64,000 nucleotides of DNA from Podarcis muralis (taxonomy: Eukaryota), in NCBI RefSeq assembly GCF_964188315.1, contig NC_135667.1, forward strand, positions 15,562,001-15,626,000, given 5' to 3'. Position numbers and translations under genes: made by a program. Every line of letters begins with the position of its first letter. The first letter of the stretch is position 1. The notes under the pieces were generated by a model that was not told where the DNA came from, made no database searches, and saw only the letters and a program-made list of their open reading frames with translations. Positions 1 through 11,284 of this stretch are shown here, in pieces.

Positions 1-1210
1 CTCCCTGCACCGCTTCCTGCTCTGCGGATGCGGCCAGCACCTCCCGGTACTCGGGCTGATTCGCGGCCCCGTCGCCCAGATGCTCCCATAATCCTCTCTG
101 GGCTGCGAATGATCCTGGAGGGGATGCGCGCGATCCTCGGGTGGCCGCGCTTCCTCTGTGGGCTGCGAGCGATCCTCGGTAGGCTGCGCGTCCTCTCTGG
201 GCTGCGAGCGATCCTCGGGTGGATGAGTGTCCTCTCTGGGCTGCGAGCGATCCTCGGGTGGCTGCGCGTCCTCTCTGGGCTGCTAACGATCCTCGGAGGG
301 CTGCGCGTCCTCTGTGGGCTGCGCGCGGACCTCTGGGGGCTGCACATCCTCTCTGGGCTTCGCGCCCTCCAGACCCATCTTCGCGATTCTTAGCATCGGC
401 CGCCGGCAGGGCGAGATGAGATAAGCCGCTGGTTGAGGGTTGCGAGGAAGGCAACGGCCAGGGCGCAGGCCAGGGGGGCGCGCAATCGGCCTCCTGGCGG
501 AGCAGCTCCACTCCCAGCACCGCTTCCTGCTCTGCAGATGCGGCCAGCACCTCCCGGTACTCGGGCTGATTTGCGGCCCCGTCGCCCAGATGCTCCCATA
601 ATCCTCTCTGGGCTGCGAGCGATCCTCGGGTGGCTGCGCGTCCTCTCTGGGCTGCGAGTGATCCTCGGGTGGCTGCGCGTCCTCTGTGGGCTGCGAGCGA
701 TCCTCGGGTGGCTGCGCGTCCTCTCTGGGCTGCGCGTCCTCTCTGGGCTGCGAGCGATCCTCGGGTGGCTGCGCGTCCTCTCTGGGCTGCGAGCGATCCT
801 CGGTAGGCTGCGCGTCCTCTGTGGGCTGCGCGCGGACCTCTGGGGGCTGCACATCCTCTCTGGGCTTCGCGCCCTCCAGACCCATCTTCGCGATTCTTAG
901 CATCCGCCGCCGGCAGGGCGAGATGAGATAAGCCGCTGGTTGAGGGTTGCGAGGAAGGCAACGGCCAGGGCGCAGGCCAGGGGGGCGCGCAATCGGCCTC
1001 CTGGCGGAGCAGCTCCACTCCCAGCACCGCTTCCTGCTCTGCGGATGCGGACAGCACCTCCCGGTACTCGGGCTGATTCGCGGCCCCGTCGCCCAGATGC
1101 TCCCATAATCCTCTCTGGGCTGCGAGCGATCCTCGGGTGGCTGCGCGTCCTCTCTGGGCTGCGAGCGATCCTCTGTGGGCTGCGAGTCTTCTCTGGGCTG
1201 CGCGTCCTCT
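1..1210. repeat. Hierarchical tandem repeat: 507-510 bp units containing 18/21-bp GC-rich minisatellite subunits
   Basis: Unit landmarks at 28, 538, 1045 and at 394, 901; subunits gctgcgagcgatcctcgggtg and gctgcgcgtcctctctgg. Confidence 0.95.
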
Positions 1211-2097
1211 ACCGGCTGGCTGCGCCCGCGGCACCTTCTTCCCCTGGCCTTTGGAAGGCATCCTGAGCCCTGGAGGAGGAAGAACAAGAAGGGCGCTGGA
1301 GGCTGGCCAAGAGCGGAGCAGCTGTGCCGCGGAACCGACTGACCCAGGGCCCTCAGGGGAGCGGAGGAAGATCCGCCGACGGCTGCCCCGAACCGGGTGG
1401 CTCAGAGGAAGCTGCCGGCAACGCCCTTTTAAAAGCAGATGAAACGAAAGTTGGCCGCGCTCTTAATGGGCTTTGGGGGTGAAGGAGGGCTCTGCCGGGC
1501 TCAGGGGAGTCGAAAGGAAGCGGGCACCAGGCAGGAAGGGCCTCTACCTGCTGGCTGCGCTGGAGGGTCCTTTGCAGCGCCCATAAACCTTTTATTAAGA
1601 AATAATATTTTAAATATTGGATTGTCTGGGAAGGAATTCATTACAAGGTGAAGTGCCTGAGGAATTGAATGGGTGGAGGGTAGAGGGGTTGGAGGAGAGG
1701 CGGAAAGAGGCGCTAATTTCTCCGTGGGTAGGGGACGCAGTTTTGGACGCATCTACCAGGGGCGCGAGATCCCTTAGCTACGGCCCTGGCCGCTGCGCTC
1801 CCTCCCCAGCCGCTCCTTACTGTTACCGGTGGCGATCAGGAGCTCCTCGGCGCGGTCCTTGCAGTTGATGGCTTTCAGCACCTTGGCGGTCAGCTGCACG
1901 GCGTACTTCTCGGCGTAGAAGCTGACCAGCATGTTCGTCAGGTCCAGCGTCTCCGCCTTCTGCAACTTCCCTCGGGGGATGTTCGCGTTGCCCTTGCGCA
2001 CGGGGAACTCGTTCAGCTTGGCCTTGAACCTCCTCAACTCGCCCTCATTCAAGTTCTCCAGGCACGCCAGCAGGCAGTCTCGCGCGCTCCTCGCCAT
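1..2097 (-). CDS. PYD-containing gene P1 (5' part): PYD exon 2097-1821 spliced to a tandem-repeat exon 1425 to <1; continues beyond the window
   Basis: PYD exon has Kozak gcgccATGG, an in-frame TGA just upstream, and a phase-1 donor A|GTAAGG at 1820. Acceptor ttttaaaag|GG at 1426. The matching frame has no stop from 1425 to base 1 (checked manually). Confidence 0.7.
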
Positions 2098-2450
2098 GGC
2101 GCACCTTCAAGTGTCTGCAAGAAATGAACCTCGCTTCGCGGAAACTGCAAAATTGAAAGCAGGCATGGTGCCTGGGGTGGGGTGGGGGATGGGGATGTAG
2201 GACTCGGTGCAGCGGGAGGAGAGAGGCGTGGCCTGAGTGAAAGCTCCAAAAGGTGCCGGAAACGCTCCCCCGAGGCTCCCGCGCTTTCCTCTGTCTGTTT
2301 ACTTAGCAAGCTGGGCAGAGACGGTTTCTCCCGTTATAAACATTTGCTTACAAAAGGCGCTCAGGCAGTAGTGGAGCAAGGCAGGTGTAGCTGTAGGGCG
2401 GCAGGCACCCTCCTCGGAGGCCCCGCGATCTCCCCCCGCCAAGAAAAGCT
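1200..2450. repeat. Segmental duplication, paralogous to about 10370-11620
   Basis: Colinear high similarity across exon 2 start, intron, PYD exon and upstream region. Confidence 0.9.
1821..2097 (-). CDS. Pyrin (PYD) domain exon, ASC-like
   Basis: [74 protein letters not shown] resembles the ASC/PYCARD PYD; 277 nt, phase 1. Confidence 0.9.
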
Positions 2451-2815
2451 CAATAACTCTAGCTCCCCCAAAATCTGGCTCCCCCAAAACGCATGTGCGA
2501 CGAAACTCGAAAGTATACACTTCTGGGCTTGCCACGTTTGCAAGCCGAAAAGACGCAACATGAACCCAGAGCAACACGAGGTATAACTGTACTGTACATT
2601 GAACCTGCACTGCTGACCCCGTAGCCCCCCCTTTTTTTTTGCATTTCATTAAGGATTAAGAAAGCATACAGCAAAGAAACAAAAATAACTATTTCCGACA
2701 CTGGAGTGCCACAGATTGTGTACAAACAAAACACACATTCACATAATGTCAGTCCTGAATCAAGAGCATTACAGTTTTACATTCCAAATTTTTGTACCAG
2801 CTATTAATAAACGTA

Positions 2816-3163
2816 GGGGACGCGGGTGGCATAGTAAAAGCCTCAGCGCCTAGGGCTTGCCGATCGAAAGATCGGCGGTTCGAATCCCCGCGGCGGGGTG
2901 CGCTCCCGCTGCTCGGTCCCAGCGCCTGCCAACCTAGCAGTTCGAAAGCACCCCCGGGTGCAAGTAGATAAATAGGGACCGCTTTCTAGCGGGAAGGTAA
3001 ACGGCGTTTCCGTGTGCTGCGCTGGCTCGCCAGATGCAGCTTGTCACGCTGGCCACGTTACCTGGGAGTGTCTCTGGACAGCGCTGGCCCCCGGCCTCTT
3101 GAGTGAGATGGGCGCACAACCCTAGAGTCTGTCAAGACTGGCCCGTACGGGCAGGGGTACCTT
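2816..3163 (+). mobile_element. Sauria-type SINE with 14-bp TSD
   Basis: gggacgcgggtggc...ggttcgaatccc...gtacctt; TSD tattaataaacgta at 2802-2815 and 3164-3177. Confidence 0.85.
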
Positions 3164-3189
3164 TATTAATAAACGTATCTGCAAATTGC

Positions 3190-3760
3190 TGCCTGGTGCA
3201 CATAAAATAAAGTTCCACAAGGTGGCGAAAAAGGTCTGTGGTTTTCTTTACCCTGAAAAAGTGTCCTGGAAGTTCACTCCATTGTCTCTCGAGGCAAATT
3301 TTCTCTGAAATTGTAATGGTCCAAATATTCCTGAACCTAGCAGGCAGATCTAGATTTCCCAGACTTCTCCACTTACAAACTACTGTCTGTCTTGTAACAA
3401 TGAATAAGAAAGTTAGCAGTTCTTTAAATTTAATATTAGAACTTGGTCTTACAAATAACGACAATAAAAATAGCTTAGATGCAAGAGCAATGCAATTTTA
3501 ACCAGTTTGTTATGAACATTAGCTCAGAATGGCTCAATACATGTGCATTCCCACTAAAGCTGGTAGTGTGTACATTTACTATTGCAGCCCCAACAACAGT
3601 TTGCACTAACTTTAGATGACAAATGAGAAAATTGAGCCAGTGTTCTATCGCAGCAGTTAAGTGCCTTAGGAGACGTTTCCATAATATTTCCCAGTACTGT
3701 TTTAACTCCTTTTTTGGACCGTCATTTATAGCATCTTTCTTCATCAATCACTGCTTGCAA
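3190..3760 (-). mobile_element. Probable degraded LINE (L1-like) 3' fragment
   Basis: AT-rich, with broken ORFs loosely resembling an L1 ORF2 C-terminus. Confidence 0.4.
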
Positions 3761-5632
3761 GTCAGTTTCCCATACTTTCTTTAAACCTGCTAACAGCCTG
3801 CTTTGTTTGTCAAGCAAGTTTGTGATACTATCTCACTTTCTCCCTCAAACCAGCATTCAGCATAGCTTGTTCAAACCTTGTTAAATTCCTGTTGGCATGG
3901 GATTCTCTCATGGCAATTCCCAGTGTCCTTTAACAATAAATCCCACTTCCCAGGTAACTTTGGGAATTATAGTTCTGTGAGGTCTCCTAACAACTCTCAG
4001 CACTCATAACAAATGACACTTCCCATGATTCTTTGTGGGGACCAATGACAGTTTAAAGTGGTAAGATGCCATTGTAAAACATACAGTGCAGATGGGATCC
4101 AGGAAATCCAAAGTGTTGTTTCTTATATGCATATCAAAAGTCCACGAGGTGGCAGCAAAGTCCATCAAATTAGCCCTCACATTGAGTACTCTCAAGCGAT
4201 AGTGAGCTTTTCAGACCCTGCAATATACAGAGTCTTTCTGTATCATCTTTCTCAAGACATTTTGGCACCTGAGGTTGAAGAAACTAGGCTTTCTTTCACT
4301 CAGATCAAAGACCCAGTTTGGCACACTCCCATGTGCATTTGCATACACACACACACAGAGGTTGGGAGCTTCAATGGCGTCCCTTTGGAGGTTTCCCCTG
4401 GGGCAAAAAAACTGGCTAGTTAGTCAGTCTCCCCCAGCTATGGCACTGCCTGAGGTGAACTACAAAATGCCACCCCTCCTGATCAGGGAAGAGTGAAGAT
4501 TGACATCAAGAACCAAGAATAAAGATCTACATCAGGATCTGCTGTATTTGTGGATCATGCTGCCTGAGGCAGACACTTCACCCTGCCTTATAGGAGCAAA
4601 GTTCTGTGTGCCCAGGTCCCTTCGGCAGCCCCCAATAAAATATATGAGCCTTACCCCACCCACCCCACACAGTTGATGGGCTGTGTCATTCAAATGGTGT
4701 GCATGCACTGTTAGTTTCTGTTTGTGCCACTGTGCAGCTGCTTAGAGTCACAAGACTCTGTTTACATTCCAGAGACAGTCCAGGGTGTTGGAAGTCTCAT
4801 GGGAGACGGATGTGACATTACTGGTTTCCTGTTCCTTTGTTTTGTTTCAGTTGCTCTCTGCTCTCACAGAGAGAGGATGTGTTTTCTGTCTGCGTAGTAA
4901 GAAATAAAGCATAGCGATGTAGCCATAAATCTCATCACTTCCGCGTGCTGCTTTGATTCTCTGCTGAATGGGAATGTGCCTGAGCCTCATCAAAGGCTCA
5001 GGTCGTTAATCATGTCAGAGGGCGATTCCGAAGGACTCGGCCGGAGGAAGATGAGCTTTATCAGCTTGGTCGAACACAGATTCTGACATGCACCACATCA
5101 TGTGATCAATTATGCAGGGCGGGGCTTACCTTTTCCCTGCCCCTGCCAATATTTTATTCAAGTTAGCTCCCCTACCCTGCCCTTGGGTGGACTTTCCAAT
5201 GTTATAGTCATGGCCTCTTTCCAACTATCAATGATAAGCAAACTAGCAACCAAGGGGAGGAAAACAATTAGGCGCTTTAAGGTAAAGCCAGCTTTATCCC
5301 CATAAAAAAAGAGAGAGAAGGCAAAGTTTTGGGTAGAAATCTATCCAATAATCACACTGATTTCCTTCTGATAAGGAAAATTCTGGGTTGAGAGGCTATT
5401 CAACTGCCCAGCTCATCGGGACTGAGGCCGTGGGTATGTGTGGTCAGAAAGTAAGGAAGTTCCAGCCAAAAACCAGAGCAAAACAGCTGTTAGTAGACCA
5501 AGATCTTTATTGTTGCACAACAGGTCCCCATGAGAGTAAGAACCCCGAGCATGGGGCAACATTGACTTTTAAAACTTTTCCCAAATCCCCAGAATACATT
5601 TCACCCAGCATCACTTATACATCATTACTACT

Positions 5633-5890
5633 GTGGGTTAAACCACAGAGCCTAGGGCTTGCCGACCACAGAGTCTAGGGCCTGCCGATCAGAAGGCTGG
5701 CAGTTTGAATCCCCGCGATGGGGTGAGCTCCCGCTGCTTGGTCCCTGCTCCTGCCAACCTAGTGGCTCGAAAGTACGTCAAAGTGTAAGTAAATAAATAG
5801 GTACCGCTCTGTCAGGAAGGTAAACGGCGTTTCCATGCGCTGCTCTGGTTCGCCAAAAGTGGCTTAGTCATGCTGACCACATGACCCACA
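5633..5890 (+). mobile_element. Sauria-type SINE (partial)
   Basis: ctgtgggttaaaccacagagcctagggcttgccga...gtcatgctgaccacatgacc. Confidence 0.8.
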
Positions 5891-6406
5891 AGTTCAACAT
5901 TTGCTGACTTTTCCAGACACCTTTCCCAACACCTCCTAAGTACCCACCACCAAAAGAACAATAACAGTCTTTACATTTCCTTGCCCTCAGGGCAGGGGCG
6001 TATGAAGGGGTGGGGGTGCCATCCCTGAGAGGGGTGACAAATGTGGGATGTAAACACAGGAGCAGTCAATGACAAAATTCCTAGAGTGTACATGTTAGAA
6101 CATGGGGAGGGATGTCTGTCCAGCAAGCAGGTAAACTTCCTTGGTACGGACTTCTTCCGCATGTGACCAGAGGTGGGTGTGGCCTCACCTGTGCAGGTAA
6201 TGACAAAAGCACAGGGCAGGCAGCCACTCTCTCTCTCTGCCATCTTCCTTCGATGAGGAAACATCTAAGGATGCTATCTTGGCTCCCAGCCAAGAGAGGA
6301 GATAAGGTCTATCCTGCTACAAGATAGATTCTAAATGTATGTAACCTTTTTAAGCCTGTCTGCCTTCTGGGATCACATTGTGAACAGAATGTGAGTAAAC
6401 TCTTTT

Positions 6407-6474
6407 CAGTGGCGTAGCGTGGGTTGTCAGCACCCGGGGCAAGGCCCCCCTGCACCCCCCACGCTACGCCACTG
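6407..6474. mobile_element. Miniature hAT-like MITE
   Basis: TIR cagtggcgtagcgtggg/cccacgctacgccactg; 8-bp TSD actctttt. Confidence 0.8.
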
Positions 6475-6571
6475 ACTCTTTTATACTTTTATAAAGACTG
6501 TGTCGTGTCTTGTATTTTAAGAGGGAACAAAAGGGGAAATTACCAGAGTAATTATTATAGAGGTTCTAGAG

Positions 6572-6707
6572 CAGTGTTTCCCAACCTTGGGGCTCCAGCT
6601 GTTTTTGGACTACAATTCCCATCATCCCTTGCCACTGGTCTTGCTAGTCAGGGATGATGGGAGTTGTAGTTCAAAAACAGCTGGAGGCCCAAGGTTGGGA
6701 AACACTG
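6572..6707. mobile_element. Palindromic hAT-like MITE
   Basis: TIR cagtgtttccc/gggaaacactg; 8-bp TSD ttctagag. Confidence 0.85.
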
Positions 6708-7737
6708 TTCTAGAGAACCTGTGCACACGTTACCGTTGCGCACTTAAAGGGGAATGTTTATAAACTCTGCTGATATTTTGGGAACTTGTTAGCACAAGTT
6801 GGATTAGGATATAATCTCACAATATATCCTCTCCTGCACCCCAGAACATTCCCACAACGAAAAGGCACACTGCAGGGGGCTCGGCCCACTGCTGCAATGC
6901 ATGGCGGATCACTCGCCCACCCTGACGATGATGCAGGGCAGGGGGGATTGCCCAGCTGTCACCAATGCAGTGCGTGGGGATAACCCACCCTGCCGCCAAC
7001 ACCGCAGCATGAGGCGGATTGGGCTCCCTTCGCAGCTCTCCCCGCAGCGAACACCACAGTGTGCAGCAGATTGCGCCCCCCCCCTGCAGCTCACCCTTGC
7101 AAGAGGGATTGATACCTGGGAATTGTAGCTAAAGTGTAGGTGGGTTCAGGGGCAGGTGCAGGGGCAGGAGGAGGGGGAGGCAGGAGGAGAGCCTTCAAGG
7201 GGGGAGGGGGGAGGAAACAACAACAACCGGGTTCAACCGAAGGCTTATTCACAAGGAAACCTATATTGCCAGCCACCGCTTCTGCCACCATGAAATGGTT
7301 GAGATTTGAAAGTGGTTGCCTTGGGGTGGACCGTGTCCAGAGAAGTTTCAGACCGAGTGAGTCTTTGCGCCATTGCCCCGTACTCCCGGGCTGCTCTCTG
7401 GGGGTGGGGGAGCCGCGCTGTTTTGCCGGCAGCCTCCCCTTTCCCCTGAGGGCCCCAGGAAGGCTTGGGAGACGCGGGCCCTGATGACGGGACGCCCAAC
7501 TCCTGGTGCTTTCATGAGTTCCTGCTTCTGCGGTCATGGTGGGAGATAAAGGCAAAAAGAGTCCTTTTCTTGAGGGTTAAAATGACGTTGGAATTGAAAG
7601 AATCGGTCAAAGTACTGATTTTATATTAATTTCTAAAGCTAGGTATCTTTTTCTGAGCTGCTTGGTTAAAAGGAAACATTTTGGCACAGTCTTAGATACA
7701 ATGTATCAAGAGCTGCTCTGTGGGCTCTGAATTCCGC

Positions 7738-7825
7738 CCGATAGGGGGCGCTGTTCGGTAACTGCAATTGGCTAGCTGTCAAAATCCTGAGCTTCTGATT
7801 GGTCGGTTGCCGGTAGCATGCAAAT
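7738..7825. promoter_or_regulatory. Motif cluster: CTCF-like site, two CCAAT boxes, octamer
   Basis: CCGATAGGGGGCGCTG at 7738-7753; ATTGG at 7767 and 7798; ATGCAAAT at 7818-7825. Confidence 0.4.
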
Positions 7826-7921
7826 ACAGAGTTCATTGATCAGTTTTATACTTTACCTACAGAAATCGCATACAAAGAGACAGGGTTTTTGTTTATTAGA
7901 AAAGTGTGTGTCTTGTGCTTG

Positions 7922-8265
7922 TGCCTCCAGCCAAGAGAGGACGGAGGACTATCTCATAAGGAGAGAGATAGTTTCCGGCTGTATGTTACTTTTCTAAGCT
8001 AAGTCTGCCTTCTGGGATCAGAATGTGAGTAAACTCTTTTTATACTTTTATAGAAGACTGTGTTGTGTCTTATCTTTTATGAGGGAATAAGGGGGAAATA
8101 CCAGAACAGTTATTATAGAGGCTTTAGCGAGCCTGAGCAAACACATCTGCTGTGAGTTTAAAATGGGGAATGTTACTCTGCTAAAATTGTGGAACTTGTT
8201 AACACAAGTTTGAAAGGCTATAATCAAACAATATATCCTCTCCTGCATCCCGGAACATTCCCACG
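7922..8265 (+). mobile_element. 3' half of a solo LTR (same family)
   Basis: Matches the second half of 31376-31989; ends gaacattcccac. Confidence 0.75.
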
Positions 8266-8330
8266 GGGGGCGGGGGGGGGGGCAGAACTTCAGATTTGTA
8301 TTGATTTGTATTGATTGGGGGGCATCTGCT

Positions 8331-9136
8331 GGTGGGAATGTTCAGGGATGCAGGAGAGGATATATTGTCTGATTATATCCTTATCCAACTTGTGTTAACA
8401 AGTTCCACAATTCAGCAGAGTAACTTTCCCCTTATTTTTAAACTTTGCAGCGGGATGCGTTTGCTCAGGCTCGCTAAAGCCTCTATAATAACTGTTCTGG
8501 TATTTCCCCCTTTATTCCATCATAAAAGATAAGACGCGACACAGTCTTCTACAAAAGTATAAAAAGAGTTTACTCACATTCTGTTCACAATCGGATCCCA
8601 GAAGGCAGACTTAGCTTAATGAAGTAACATACACTTGGAATCTATCTCATAAGAAGACAGTCCCTTTGTCCTCTCTTGGTTGGAAGCCAAGAGGGCATCA
8701 TTGGCTTAGTAGATGTTGTTTCTTCAATGCGGTGAAAGAGAGAGAGATGGCTGCCCTGCCCTGTGCTTTTGTCATTACCTGCACAGGTGAGGCCACACCC
8801 ACCTCTAGTCACATGCAGAGGAAGTCTGTCCCAGCCCCAGCGGCGTAGCATGGGTTGTCAGCACCCGGGGCAAGGCAAGTAATTTGCGCCCCCTAACCCG
8901 TGGATTTGCGCCCCCTAACCTGTGGATTTGCGCCCCCTAACCCGTGGATTTGCCCTAACCCCAGATGTTGCGCCCGGTGCGGCCGGCCCCCCCTGCACCC
9001 CCCATGCTACGCCACTGCCCAGCCCAGAAGGATACAGGAAGTTTACCTGCTGGCTGGACAAACATTCCTCCCCATGTGTAAACATGTTCACTCTAGGAAT
9101 GTTGTACTTGACTGCTCTTGTGTTTCACATCCTACA
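8331..9136 (-). mobile_element. Inverted solo LTR with nested hAT MITE
   Basis: Reverse complement of the family sequence; 5-bp TSD ctgct on both sides. Confidence 0.8.
8838..9017. mobile_element. hAT-like MITE with internal 21-bp tandem repeat
   Basis: TIR cagcggcgtagcatggg/cccatgctacgccactg; 8-bp TSD cccagccc; atttgcgccccctaacccgtgg repeats. Confidence 0.8.
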
Positions 9137-9330
9137 CTGCTCCCCTGGCCCCTCTTGGCTGCGCCCATGCTGGGAATCCAGACAAACCCGCCCACCCCCC
9201 TCGCAGCGGGAGCACGTGGAATCCACCTTTGAACTTCCCCAGATCCGACTTCTGCAAGCCCCCCAGGGCGCTGAGCAGCAGGGGAGAAGGCGGCTCTTGG
9301 GTCTTGCCCTTGCCCAACGGTGCACCCAGC
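9137..9330 (-). pseudogene. Truncated PYD exon remnant
   Basis: LLLSALGGLQKSDLGKFKGGFHVLPLRGG matches PYD helices 1-2; cut off at the LTR boundary 9136; homologous to 12700-12850. Confidence 0.6.
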
Positions 9331-10149
9331 AGGAGGTGCTAAAGTCAGGGGTGAACGATGGCGTCATGACACCTTGGGTGGGGCATTGCTACACAGCGCG
9401 CATGTGCAGCATGCACTGTATATAGCGACGCCGCACATGCGCTATACATAGTTCGGACGGTGGTGGGATCCCTCCGTAGCCCCTACAGCCGCATGTAGAG
9501 GATCCCCTCCCTTTTTTTATTTAAGTACACATTTTGAATGTTGAATGTTTTGAGATTTTATTTGCTTATTGTGGATGTTGACATGTATGAGAAAGATTTT
9601 TGAGAATTTATGACAAACCAATAAAGATGAATTTTTTAAAAAATAAAAAAAATCCTAGAATCCTAGAACTGTAGAGTTGGAAGGGACCCTGAGCCCTTAT
9701 GTTGTTATTGCAATAATAATAAAACAATGATGACAACAATTGCGCAGTAGGCCAGTTTAGCCAGTAATTGCTTGGTGACAGGTTAATAAAATTACATAGG
9801 AAACTGTGTGACGTAGGCAATTTCCTGCCATTGTGTTGTGGTTTTCCTGGTTCAGTTACAAAATGAGATAGAGAGAGAAGCGAAAAGGGCAGTTATGCGG
9901 CAAGACGAGGCTTTCAGTGGAAGAGCCCACTCCCCAGTTTTGCTAAGTAAGTCGTCCCCCTTCCCCAAAATGAAGCAAAAGCGCTAATGAACCTCAACCA
10001 CCTTTACTCTACTGCCGCTTTAAACCACCGGAGTATCTCATTTCGCGGCAACTCGCCGAACTCGGGACGAGGCAAAAGTTTCGCTCCCCTCCAGACCCCC
10101 CCCCCTCACGATCCTTAGTATCCACCGCTGCCAGGGCCAAAGCTAAATG

Positions 10150-10400
10150 GCTACCCAGAAAGCACTCTGGGCTGTGAGCGGTCCTCCGGGGGCTACGCCT
10201 CCACTCTGGGCTGCGAGCGATCCTCCGGGGGCTGCGCCTCCACTTTGGGCTGCGCCCGATCCTCGGGGGGCTGCGCGTCCTTTCTGGGCTGCGCCCGATC
10301 CTCGGGGGGCTGCGCCTCCTCTCTGGGCAGCGCCCGATCCTCGGGGGGCTGCGCGTTCTCTCTGGGCTGTGCGTCCTCTCTGGGGTGCGCGTCCTGTCCC
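10150..10400. repeat. GC-rich minisatellite, a single shorter counterpart of the 1-1210 array
   Basis: ctgggctgcgcccgatcctcggggggctgcgc repeats. Confidence 0.85.
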
Positions 10401-10590
10401 GGCTGCCTGCGCCGACGGCACCTTCTTCCCCTGGCCCTTGCAAGGCATCCTGAGCCCTGGAGGAGGAAGGACAAGAAGGGAGCTGGAGCGGCTGTCCCGC
10501 GGAACCGACTGACCCAGGGCCCTCAGGGGAGCGGAGGAAGATCTGCCGACGGCTGCCCCGAACCGGGGGGGCATTGGCCACTCAGAGGAA

Positions 10591-11284
10591 TCAAGCGGGG
10601 CCGGGAAGCTGCCGGCAACTCCCTTTCAAAGGCCGAGGAAAATCTTCCTCTGCTAAATCAGGAAAGGAAACACCCGGGGGGTTGGGTATGCGGAGGGGAG
10701 CTCTCCTGGGCTCAGGGGAGTCGAAAAGGGGTGGACCCCAGGCAAGAAGGGGCTTTACCTGCTGGCTGCGCTGGAGGGTCCTTCGCAGCCCCCGGAAACC
10801 TTGTACTAAGGAATAATAAATTAAATATTGGATTGTCTGCGAAAGAATTCCTTGCAAGGTGAAATGCGTGAGGAATTGAATGGGTGGAAGGGGGAGGGTT
10901 GGAGGAGAGAGCTAATTTCTCCGTGGCCAGGGGGCGCAATCTGAACGCTTCTGCCAGGGGCGCAAGATCAGCCTGGCCGCTGCGCTCCCTCCCCAGCCGC
11001 TCCTTACTTTTCCCAGTGGCGGCCAGGAGCTCCTCGGCGCGGTCCTTGCAGTTGATGGCTTTCAGCACCTTGGCGGTCAGCTTCACGGCGTACTCCTCGG
11101 CGTAGAAGCTGATGAGCAGATCTTTGAGGTCCAGCGCATCCACCTTCTGCAGCCGCCCTCGTGGGATGTTGTCGTAGCCCTTGGAGATGGGGAACCTGTT
11201 CAGCTTGGCCTTGAACCTCCTCAGCTCGTCCTCGTTCAAGTTCTCCAGGCAGACCAGCAGGCGGTCCTCCGCGCTCCTCGCCAT
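10591..11284 (-). CDS. PYD gene P2, predicted PYD-only protein (~102 aa; exons 11284-11008 and 10622-10591)
   Basis: [46 protein letters not shown]...; phase-1 donor at 11007; exon 2 reads [10 protein letters not shown] then TGA. Confidence 0.7.

Larger units (their letters stand above)
6042..6856 (+). mobile_element. Solo LTR (TGTGGGA...TCCCACA family) with two nested MITEs
   Basis: TG...CA termini, near-TSD acaaa/acgaa, colinear with the 31376-31989 copy. Confidence 0.75.

Noticed and set aside
1-1210. CRISPR-like array
   Set aside because: Vertebrate DNA; no unique spacers and no cas genes; this is a minisatellite.
283-1287. 334-aa QPRED-repeat ORF, RSPER-repeat ORFs and plus-strand LRVLSG-repeat ORFs as the real protein
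   Set aside because: They are alternative frames of a GC-rich repeat, contain recurrent or internal stops, and do not match the phase of the PYD donor.
2816-2900. tRNA genes at SINE heads (GGTTCGAATCCC)
   Set aside because: These are tRNA-derived B-boxes of Sauria SINEs followed by SINE body, not full cloverleafs.
4700-5100. Possible LTR or DIRS fragment
   Set aside because: AATAAA and TG/CA-like features are present, but I could not confirm a TSD, partner repeat or coding remnant.
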